Positions 10,001 to 22,500 of a stretch of 64,000 bases of DNA are shown here, in pieces (position 1 is the first letter of the stretch; every line of letters begins with the position of its first letter). The position numbers and the translations under genes were made by a program. The notes beneath the pieces are model-generated. The model was not told the DNA's origin and made no database searches. It saw only the letters and a list, made by a program, of their open reading frames with translations. Origin of the DNA: Lingula anatina (Eukaryota; Animalia; Brachiopoda); NCBI GenBank assembly GCA_051362555.1, contig CM120640.1, positions 44,246,788-44,310,787 of the forward strand, in the 5' to 3' direction.

Positions 10001-13000
10001 CAATTCTAAAGTAAAACCCGCAGCGTGCGTTTGTGAATATGATATTGTCAGGGCATGGGTGAATTAAGAAATCTCAAAATTTACTCTCAAAACCCATTCA
10101 AATTTCAAGGATCCTGCAAAGGATGAGTGTAACAGAACTATACATAAGCTCTGTTCCCTTACACATAAGATAAAACCAGTGATGAAATAACTTGATTCAT
10201 AAAAAGCCTCACTGTGTCTCAATATCCTAAAGCTAGTTGTAGAGAAAATAGACAAGATATAATCATTTAAACCAACCAACAGTTGCCATTGTCTGGTGCA
10301 TATTCAGATTAAAATGACATATAGTGTGAGTTATAAGCAAAACGTTTTTACCAGTATAGATTTGTGGATATTAACAAGAAAACCCCATTAAAAGCATTTG
10401 TTGTAAAGACTTAGAAAATGCTAAAAAGATGAAAAAAAAGACAATTTTGAGTCTTTGACCTGGCTCACACTACTTTCTGTCCTTTTTAATTGAACAAGCC
10501 AACAGAATTCCAGACGGTGGCCATTACTAGAGACCTGGTTGTTGCATGTGTGTGGAATGAAAAGTAAGGTGTGCCTGGTTTCACATGGGCAAGTGTACAT
10601 GTCATATGCAGCAATATTCCTCATGCACAAGACCTACAGAGAGGCTCACCTCTTCAAAACATTAAATATCACCATATCACCAGTTACTATTATAAAGACT
10701 TAATTGAAGGCGTCAAATATCATTGCTGTCAATATATTAAGTCATGCCGGCAAAAAGTTACAGTACAGCTTAAATGTAAGTTTAAGGCCACCAATAAATG
10801 ATTTATACCATATATGTTTATTTTTTATTTTAATATGATATATATTAACAAAGCTGTATACTTGAGCAAAAGCTGCTAACAAAACCAAACTTAAAGCAAA
10901 ACTTTGAACGTTACAATGTTAGAAGATTGAAAAGCAACCTGGGAATCTTTGGCCTGAAAAATATAAAAAATGAATACCACACGTTACCAAAAAAAAAATC
11001 AGTGCGTTACCATGAAAACCATAGTTGTTATTGTTGTTCTAATTGTACAAAATTATCTCACAAGCAAACTTTTCAGCCATTGTCAACCACAACATAATTA
11101 TATTATGTTTGATTTAAAGCAATTTTTGAGATAGTGCAGTTAAATTTTAATTCCTATGACTTCAAACATAACAATCTGAACATTTCTGATTTTCAAAATT
11201 CAAGCTGCTCTTAAAACATTAGTTTTCAAAAGTTTAAATTCATCTGTAATTTACTGATAATTGCAACATCTATAACTAAGGGATTAAGGTAGTTTGTAAT
11301 TTGTTCTAATAATTAATCAAACTCAGTCATGTTATTTTCATATTGGAAACAAAGGGTAATGATAAAAATAAAGTGCAGGAGGAACACTAATGTAAACACA
11401 ATTCAAAGTCATAAAAGAGATTAGGATTGCTGTTAGAAGAACACCAAATAAAACCAAAAATAGCTCGCCTAGCCCGCCATTTTATGTGTAACTTTACACC
11501 ATAAGATAAAATCACTGTGTAATATGCAAATAAATACAGGTTTTGCCCATGTGATGTATACCAGCTTGGAAATTTCATTTAAAAGCTCCAATATTTCACA
11601 TCTGTATCCATTTTAAAGATAGTAACAGCTCTGATTGTAATCAAGTTACTGACAGCACTGCATTCTTCCAAACAGTTAACCTTTGACAAAAATCAACCAC
11701 TGAAGCTTTATACAATACTGTGTTGTCAGTTACTTGATTACTATAAGAACTGCTCATAATATTTAGACCATGCCAATTGGCCTGAGTCTAAATGTTGCCA
11801 TGGTGATTATCCAAATATCTGTTCACATATATAATAGACCAACAAATAAGTGAAGGTGAAGTCATTTCTAGAAAATTATTTTTGCTTTCAAAGTTTCCCA
11901 CATTAAATTACTTGATATTTTACTAAAATGCTTTCCCAAAAGATATAAACTGTTGGAATACCTTCACTGTTGAAATATCTGTTGGGCTTACAAAATCATG
12001 AACATGACTTTGAACAAGCGGTTAGATACCAAGTAAAATCAAGCTTTTTTGTTCCCTTTTCTCTCTTTTGACCCACAGTGATATCACAAACAACTTTCTG
12101 TACCTTCATTTGATGTTTGGCCACATTTGTCCATTTATCCTCAATATCCTCTGATAAATTTGACATCTGCCTTCTAAGACTAAAAACTTAACAGGACTTG
12201 ACTTACCAAAAATAGATAGATCACATCTACCAGTACTTGAAAAGTAGCAGTATTTGTGACATATCCAGGAAGAGAGCACACAAGGTAAGAAAGCCTCACA
12301 GGCTCATGAATAGAGTATATGTATACAGAGACAGACTCACTTTAGTATATATAGCACATATGGTATATTATAACATATATAAATATATACTTATTCAGAC
12401 TTCCTGCAAACCAAAACTTACTGGCAATCCTGGAATTCCTGGCATTCCAGGGGGGCCTGGCATACCCCTCTGGCCTGGGGGTCCTGGAGTTCCAGCCAAC
12501 CCTGGGATACCTGGGGCTCCAGGGTTTCCTGCGGGTCCTCGCTCTCCCTGGGCACCACGTTCACCTGGCTAAAATCAGAGACATTTCCACATGGTAAACT
12601 GCAGCAATAGTGTAGGAGGTTATAGCATTCATCAAAAGCTGAACCAACATCTCATGTAACTGAAGTGTCTGTCCTCATTGTAATAAACCTTTTTTGTTTT
12701 TATTTTTTTATTTGAAGAACCAACATTTATTTTGCAAAAAAAAGTCTAACTGTGTTGACTTGACCCATCTTACCCTTCCTGTGTTACCAGTAGGACCAGC
12801 TACACCCTGAAAACAAAATGATGTTTGTCATTATCTCATGTTGTACAATACAGGGTTGCTAAAGTAACAGTAGTCAAAATGTGCAAATCTGTTGTCCACT
12901 GTGATATCTGATAAATAGAACAACACCTGCAATCAGTGGGAATCAATGCTGAAGAATGCATGTAAAAATGTTTTAACATTTAAATGAGGACCAACTGAAA

Positions 13001-16000
13001 AGCATGCATTTAATGGGGGAATGTTAAACAAATGTTTAAATAATAGTAAATAAATGAAATAACAAAATGAATTAAACAATATAAGAACGAAAAAATGTTC
13101 ACAAATGAAATGTTCCTTTCTTTGTATCTGTAGAATTCTTATTCAGTCCTTTCTACTCTTAGCTGTCTGGATAGGTAGGATACACTAGGTTCGAGAAGTA
13201 TGATTTACTGTATATATGTAAAAAGCACTTGAATAATTTTCAAAATAGGGAATCTTAAAACAATGTATATAATTACTAACACTTATAAAAATCAGGAACC
13301 TTAAAGAATATGTATACATAAATCAGTAATAAGGATTCTGAAAATTTCATAATTATATTCTTGGTGTGATAGAGAAATTTGATCATATATATTGAACTGG
13401 TTAAAATACCATCTACTAGTTCACTTACTGGAGGTCCTGGAGGTCCATAGCCTAAGGTATCAGTCTGATAAACCTGGGAGTCCTAGAAATGAGAAAACAA
13501 TTAAGTCTCTTCCCAAGATTCAAAATAGACATTTTCACTACAAATGAGTTACTTGTGGTCATAATCAGAAATGAGATGTAGATTTTAAATATAAAGAAAA
13601 ATGGGGAAATTTACAAGGTAACTGTAATAAGGTAACTGTCATTCATGTTTACAAGGTGGCCAATGATTGTTTTCCACCACAAGATTCACTTTGAATGTGT
13701 CTTTTATCCATTTAGATTTGTATTCTATAACAATTATAATCAAATTTACAATACATATCTGATCTGATGCCAGTATGTATGTTAAATTACTTACACTACT
13801 AAGGGTCTGTTCTCCAGCTGGGCCTGGTGGTCCGGGTGGACCCTGAATACGGAAGATATTAATTAGTTCAAAATAATTTTCATAATTAATTGTTTCTGTT
13901 ACTTGAGCACTGGGTTAATTTTTCAAAAAAAGCACTGGGTTAATTTTTTAAAATTTATAACTGTATTACAATTATATTTTTACATATTATAAATGTTTTA
14001 TATCCATTATGATATAGTTTTAACTATTAAGTGATCAATTTTACTGCCACCTACATCTTAGAAATATGATGTCAGTGGCATTTACTGTTGTAATTGACAA
14101 TGTTTACAATAAATTTTTTGTTCTTAATGAGAAATGTCATAAAGCACTTAATTTCAACCTTTTAATTGAATTTTAATGGTCTTTATCAAAATGCAGATTC
14201 AATCACTTATCTCCCCCCCCCCCCCCCCCCCCCCAATCCCCTTCATCACCCTTGGCCAGTTCATGTACTAAAAGATCGGTTCTTTTAGTCAGCACCATTC
14301 ACTTACTGCAGGTCCTGGCTGGCCAGGTGCTCCAGGCTGTCCAGGCAATCCCATCAGGCCTTGTGGTCCTGGGCTGCCCTGCAATGGAGGTCACTTTTAT
14401 GTTATTTGCATCCTTGGGTATCAGACAAAATGTCATGATGGATAAATGTTAAGATTTATGTTGTTTGTCAAGCATTGCAATTGGATAAACTTTGAGCTAT
14501 TAACACATTTCTCTTTCCTAAAATTCTAATCTGAAAAGATGTTGTACAAAATTATTTTTATACAAAAGTATTCTAGGATCAGGCTTACATATTTTTGTTT
14601 AACCTAATGACTAATTGTTTACCAAATTCACAATTAAGGGGCATAAAATTGATATTTTTCACTTCCTTTCAACAAAATCTAAGCAGTATTAAAAATTCGA
14701 AAAAACTGACTTATGCTAGCTCAAGCAATGTATTCCACATTCAAGTGGATGGGAAGAATTAACTGACACAAGAAAAGCAGTCCAGTATACTTACAGCCAC
14801 TCCATTCTTTCCTGGTGCCCCTGGCTGACCAGGGCTACCCCTCTGTCCAGAATCTCCCTGTAAAGACATTAACTTTGCATTAGAAAAGAAAGTCTTTGCA
14901 TTAACTAACAGTCATGCTTTCCTGAATACCTTCTCCAACAGGTGAAAAGATATATAATGTAAGATGTATGAATTCTGATAATTCTGTGAATATAATGGAA
15001 TTCACACATGTATTTTATTCCTTCAAAATTTGATAAACTAATACTGATTTATAGTATGAAACATAAACAGTAGCTTTGCTTTTAATGCAACATTAAATTA
15101 AAATAACATAAAAATGAATAAGATCTGATATATATAAGGTCAAGTGGTTATTTTGATTTACCTTTCTGCCATCTAGTCCTGGGATTCCTGCATTACCTGG
15201 ATTGCCAGGAGGTCCCTAGAGAACAAAAATATTTACAATTTCTAACAAAATCCTGGGTTTTTTTCTTGATAGTCACTGTTTCAAGTAAGTAAATAAGTTT
15301 AATTGATTTGGTAATAATAGATCAACATGAGGAGTAGAGAGGTCATGATTAATATACATAAAATTCTTAGGTTATAAAAACTTTTTTGATTGCATTTTTC
15401 TCTATTTAAAAAGTTTATGAACTGTATTCTAAAGCTGAAAACTTTTCAAAGGAAAGATATTATAGTTTTAAAGTCAAAAGTTGAGTTTATGTAAGAAATA
15501 AATAAGACCGGAACATGTCTTCAGGTGACCAGTTAACACAGGGACCAGCTTCATGTTCTCTGGTCACCTGGAAATGACAGCTTGTCCTGTTAAGAAAAGG
15601 CATTTACACACCTGTGGACCTTTGATTCCATCTTGTCCTGCATCACCCTTGGGGCCACGTTTACCCTAAAATGTCAACCAATCAATATTTGAACCTAGGA
15701 AAGGTGCTTTTTATAATTCCCACAGATTTATACAAAATGATTGTAAAATTAAACATGAAAATTTTATCATTGATTCTTTGTTCAACAAAAGTAATTTAGA
15801 TGAAGATAATTAAAGCAGGCTGTTCACTGGTATTATTATCTTCAATGTAAATGAAAAAGTAGCACAAGGGTTTCACTTTAGTTTTATTCCCAGGTGTTTA
15901 TTTGAATCTTTAGTATATGCAAGCCACTACTTCATGTAATTTTAATGATGATGACTTACATCTGTACCAGGCAATCCATCTTCACCAGGTTGACCTGGTC

Positions 16001-16508
16001 GGCCCTGTAATTATGAAAAATTATAATGATCACAAATTCAACAAGTCCCTTTTATAAATCATTCTTTGCAATTTCCAGGATATTTCTGAATGTAATTCTG
16101 ACATATGCTTCAAGTTGTTATATTTGTTGGTTTTATACAGGTATCAAAAATTCAAAGAGACTGGGTTTTTTAAAATGAGTGGGTATTTTGACTTGTTCAA
16201 ATAGATATATCACCCATGCACTTACTGGATTTCCGTCTTTTCCAGGAGGACCCTGATATCCAGGAGGTCCTGGCAGACCCTGAAATTCAAATAAATTGTT
16301 GTAATAAATGTCAAATTCATAACTCAAGATAAATATATAGGACCTAAAATGCTTGACAATGTGTGAATTATTTTAAGATGAGAAATGTTAAATTAAGATT
16401 TAAATTTTCCATTTTGCAATCATTTCTAATCTAATATGATTTTTTCTAGGGAGATGCTTTTTAAACAACAAAGTATATCTATGGTTATCTCTCTCTACAC
16501 ACACACAC

Positions 16509-16552
<44 letters not shown>

Positions 16553-19500
16553 ACACTGTTCTGTACTTACTCTGTCTCCTGATGTGCCTGGTTTACCAGG
16601 GGGACCTGGTGGCCCAGCTGGACCCTAAAGCAAATCATTCACATTTTAGTGAAAAATTTAGTGAAAAGCTTTTCAAACAGAAAAAAATCTGTAGTTTAGA
16701 AATTACAAATAAAGTTCTGCATTATAATATAATAATTAACCAGATTAAATATCCAAATTTTTCTTGGATTATCTTAGTTAAACGATTATAGTTTGAGTAG
16801 CAGTATAATAAGGCAAAATCATAAGGCAGCATACACATAATATGAAAAAATGAAAATTAGCAAAGTGGGTGCCATCATAAGCTAGACTGCCTTGCCGTAA
16901 AAAATACAATTTTAATACAACTGTTTCACCATGATATTTCCAAAAGACTTAACAATTCCAAAATAACTACTGCATTTATTGAATAACTAGTATAAAGGGC
17001 AAGATATTGCTTTTTGGCATCATTACTGGTAAAAATGGGTTTAATTCAAGACTGATAATAAAGGAACACTCTAGTTCCACAAGAGTTAAGTCACCAGCTC
17101 AGATTATTTCTGAAGGCAAAGCTTTCTTAATAAACAGCCTGCGAGGCTTGCGCATTGCATTGACATTGCATCGCAGCATGGCACCCACTTGAACATGATA
17201 CACCTATACAAAAAGCACATGTATCTACAAAAACCAAAATCCCTTCTTCCAAGCATTGCCAATATTTATCAAATAAATGTAAAAAGCAAACCGCAGCCGC
17301 TGTGCGCCATCGTCCTGCCTACATCCAAGACCGCCCAGCAGTACAAGTTCCTGTTCCTCGCGCCTCTTTTTCTGCACATATAGCTTGTATTGCAGTACAC
17401 AGGGTAACATGGAGCACAAGTTGGCGCCAACATATACTGCCAGCACTGGCATATACATACCGCTTTTTATTACTTATGTCTTGAAACATGGTGAAAGATG
17501 ACTCAGGTTGAACTGTGCAAATGAATTGTGAAGATGACGAAGATGACAGCATTTGACTTGACCAGTGTTAAAAGTGAGATATGAGTTGTTTCTTCAAGTT
17601 TATGTAAAAATGAAGTGTAAATATAAATTATAAAAGTGATTGCAAGTGATCTGACCAACATGTGAAATAAACTCATGAGCAGTGTTTCCAAATTTGGTGG
17701 AGTTTAAATGTTGACAAAATGGATTGCGTTTAAAGATGCTGGCTGAAGCATCTGCCAAATTGTGAAATTAAAAAGAAGTAGAGGCAGAACTTGTTTTGAG
17801 GTGAGTAATTTTTAGGTGCAAAGGTGAAATATTTGGTGAGTTTACTCTGACACTTATATCAAAGATTTAAAAAAAAAAAACATTTTTGATAGTAGTTCAA
17901 GTGAATCTGGAAGATTTGAGGGTGAAAAAAAAAAACAGTGCCTAAAAGTGGTGTTTTCCAAATAGTGCAAGTGAGGTATGAGGATAGTGTGTTTCCCTGA
18001 ACAATGCCATCTTCCACCAGTTTCAACAGCAACCGCTGCAGCTCCATCATGCATGCAAGTATGCAAAACATACACAGAGAATAGACAACTACAAGGGGTA
18101 GTTTTTAGATTGTCGAGTACATCATGTCATCCAAAACAAACTAAATTCAAACAGTGACCATTGTCATTGTGTACATAAGTCAATAGAATAAAGTTCATTT
18201 TCATTATGTTCAGCTGTATATCATAATAACAAATTCAGATATATGGAAAATTTAGTTTACCCCTTGTAAGTACTCTTCTCAAAACAAAACAAAATATAAA
18301 CGAACAAAAGTCTAGGTGCAATGACAAGCTTGCCGATACATTGCGCTGAAATGGAAGGGACCATCACCACATGCTAAATATGTAATTATTTTAATAGGAA
18401 AAAAAGCTACTGTAAAAAGCCTTATTAATTTAGTACTTGATCTGCTTGAGCCTTCGACATTCCAAATGCATAATCTTTCCATACCATAGCGCCTTGGAGA
18501 TCTGCCATATCCTTAAGTTTTACTTCTCCTGGTGGGCCAGGCTTACCCTAGAGTAAAAAAGGAAAATAAAACGGTGACACTCATATTAATAAAAGAGGAA
18601 TTATTTGGTGTCAAGTATAAATCTAAGAATTTTAAATGTGCAAATTGCAATTATAATGTTATTTTTGTCAAAAAATATGCTGTTAAATTCTAAGTCACAT
18701 ATGTAACTCTTATATGCAATTATTACTTAAAATAAATAGCCACTGAACACATTTATATGCAAAAATTAATATATATGTTGCCTTGATAAACAAAAAAAAA
18801 CTTTTTGGAGAAAAAATTGTAAAACTATGTACACTAATAGACAGTAACACATAACAATATGATGGCTGTGTATAATGCCATTGAGTTTACCGGTCATCTT
18901 CAGCTGCCTCCAATTTAATAATGAAAATGTTAGTAAAAACAAAATACAGTGCAATAATCTGTAGTACATTATTTAGAAAAAAACTTATATTATATCTATA
19001 TTAATTCAAATTGTGTAAAAATGAATAGCTGATGCTGTAAAGTAAAATGTGAATTGAAATGCCCATGATTTTTTTCCAAAATATTCCAAATATGAAAATG
19101 TAAAATACAAAAATTCAATATAAAACCAGTAAATAAATCAAATAATGAATAACAATGGTTTTTGTGTTTCTGCTAAAATTAAAGATGTTAAATTACACCA
19201 AAATTAAAATGTAATATATTATATATGTGTATGTATATTTATTCACCGGCACACCAGGTTCTCCCTTCTGTCCTGGTTTACCAATTGGTCCTCTTTCTCC
19301 CTGGAAAAAGAAATCACATATCAAAGTATTGTATTTTTCACTGATATCTCATAGATTGGCAAGTAAGGCAACATAATCTGAATAGTTAAACAAACAAAAA
19401 ATATACATCAGAACAAAACATGTAAAACCCTTTGGTATTATTTCAGTGATTTGTTTACCATTTTAAATGTCTGTTATGGGTATATTTTGATAAATTACAA

Positions 19501-22500
19501 ATATTTGAGTACAGTTGAAGGGTGTCATTTTTAGTAATACAATCAGTCAGGATTAAATAATAGTAGTTCTCAGTTCTACCTCTGGACCTGCTGGACCTGC
19601 GACACCAATTACACCACGGGGACCTGGCTGACCCTAGAGTAAAAAAAAAAAAGACAACTGATAACTGGCTGACATTCTAAAACATATTATCAAAGTTGTT
19701 GCATATTTTAAAAATTATATTATTTTTTTCATTCTTCTAAAGAGATGTTATTTTTCTCACCGGTTCTCCTTTGTTTCCATCCCTTCCCACTTCTCCTCTT
19801 TCACCAGGGACTCCCTGCCAGTTAAAAAAGTAAATTATTAGTAATTAAAGAAAACAGCATTCATCAAACTTAGTTTATATTTACAAATCAGCTAATTAGC
19901 AATATTTATAGGCATGCATGTCTATTTTTAATTTTCTATTATATTTCACTGTTCAGCTTCTTTTGCTATTCTTTTTGGCTTGAACAGCTTGAAGGAAAAT
20001 CATATGCAGAAAGATGAATAAAAATATTTGCATATAGTCAGAGACTATTTGCATTTAAAAAACATACTCACAGGATTTCCAACAAGACCTTGCAACCCTC
20101 TGTCCCCCTTTTCACCTCTTTCACCCTAGTGGTCAAACATAATATTTTGATATTAAATATCTTTTGTATGGGTTCACTACACTGTTTAATGATAACCTCT
20201 TTTTACAATTTAAACGTTTTTGAATCCAATGGAGTTTACAGCATAAGATGGCAAGGTTATCAGTGTACAGGCTATTCCTGAAACATCCTCATGCAGAAGT
20301 ATTACCAGTTTTTAACATACCACAACAAAAAGTATTTGTTATTTGTTACCCTTTTGCCAGCCTCTCCTCGCAGTCCTATCTCGCCAGAGTCACCCTTTTG
20401 GCCCTAAAAAGAATTAATGCAAAGAATTATATACAATCAATATCTCTATTATGAATCACAGTAAATTCCCCCTTTTCCTAATACAACAATTTAATGACAA
20501 ATATTTCATCTGCATATTAATCCATCCTCTCACACAGACAAAATCAAAAAAGCAATTGTAAAGTGTGTAATGTCCCTCTTGAACCTCAATACTATGAATA
20601 GATTCATCATGTAATAATCACCTTTTCTTTAACTTCTTCAACTACAATATTTATCACTTGAAGTGACTCACAAAAATATACTCTCCTTCTTGAAACCAAC
20701 CCACTTTTTTTAATGATTACTTGTGATTAAATTATTCTTACCTTCAAGCCATCCAGTCCACGGGGACCAGGGGGGCCAGGTGGGCCCTTAAAACAAAAAA
20801 TAGAGAATCATGGAAATTCATTCTAAATGTACATTGTGATACTAGACACTGTCTTGAAATGTTTTGCCATAACTCCATGTTACAGTAGCTGATAAATGTA
20901 TACATGTTTGCACTGACTCACAAAACTTAAATTAATTTTTTTAATGTTTGTCATATGCATTCTCATATTTATCATATCATATTATGATAAAACTGAATGT
21001 TTCTTGTCTGAAATGTTGCTCTTATCCCACAAAAAAAAAGATGGTGATTGTGCCACAATTAAGAATTGCATTGTTTGCCAAAACATTCTAGATATTATTT
21101 ATTCTGCTGTCTTACCGGGATGGGTGGAGGTATTTCACTGATTACATTGCTGGTTTCAGTGGGCTGATGATTATATGAAAATAAACAAAAGATCACATAA
21201 AAATTAGCAAACATTTCTAATTTTAAATAATTATTTTAAAAAATATTCATAATACTTAAAAATTTTGTAGTTATCATATTTCTGTATGAAACATATTTTA
21301 AAAACCATATTTGTATATACAGGTAACTGATACATGAAATAACCACACCATATAAAAGAAATATTTTTCTGTTCACTGTTCAAATGAAGATCACAAGCAC
21401 CCATGATGCAGTTCCCCAGACTTACCGTGCCAGCTGGCCCTGGGGGCCCGGGAGCTCCATCTCTGCCATCTCGACCTGGGGTACCCTTTTCTCCCTAAAG
21501 TAAAAAAACTGTAAATTTCAAATTTGTTGAAACATGAGATATTAATTTTTTCCACCCTTTTTAATCAAAAAGTGTTGTGTATTTGTTCTTTTGTTTTTTA
21601 GTATACTTAATACATTTGTTTATTGTTTACTGACTTTCTAACACATTTAACAAATTTGCATTACTCTCAAATAAAAGAATGTTTGGAGGATGGGTAGAAA
21701 TAGTGACCCTTTAATACAGTGCAGCCTGTTGTTATTGAATGGATTGTATTTTGTATCTGTGTTATGTAAATGCTGGCCCAGCACGTAGCCAGAGATAAGG
21801 CCAAATGGAAAGAAGTGACTGTGGCCTTATGTCCCACAGGGGACGAAGAGGAATGATGATGATGATGATGTTATGTAAATGCTGGTAGCATTACCTTAGT
21901 TCCCTGTCTTCCTCTGTCTCCATCCTTTCCATCAACCCCATCTCTTCCTGGTGATCCCTGTTAAAGGTAAAAACAAAACACAATATAAAAAAGTTCAGAA
22001 AGATCACATCATTCTGCTTTGGCAAGTATTTATGTAAGATTCATTTATGAAACATATTTGACTGGTCTCTCAACATGCATACTCTCAATACTTCAACCAA
22101 CCAATAGCCTGCTGGTACTCATATCTATATAACATAGGTCACTGAGTCAACTGGATTATGTAGTATCTTACCGTTTCTCCCTTCATTCCTGTTTCTCCAC
22201 GTGGTCCTGGGCTGCCTCTATCACCCTATAAGAAAGAAATAAGGGGACCATATTTACTAGATACAATGCACATCATTTGAATACAACATTTCATTAAAAT
22301 TACCAATGTCAGAAATTGGTTATAATGCCTTTATAATTAACCAGGCTCACATAAGATGGTTTCCAGGTGTACTTACTGGAAGACCAGGCAACCCCTGTGG
22401 TCCAATCTCTCCCTGAGGTCCTCTTGCTCCTTCGACCTGAAGAAATCAGATATACCAAATAAATGGCCAATCCCTTCAAGTGAGAAATTGGTTTCTGAAT

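Noticed and set aside
13906-13948. Short tandem duplication AGCACTGGGTTAATTTTT x2
   Set aside because: Ordinary local intronic duplication with no sign of function.
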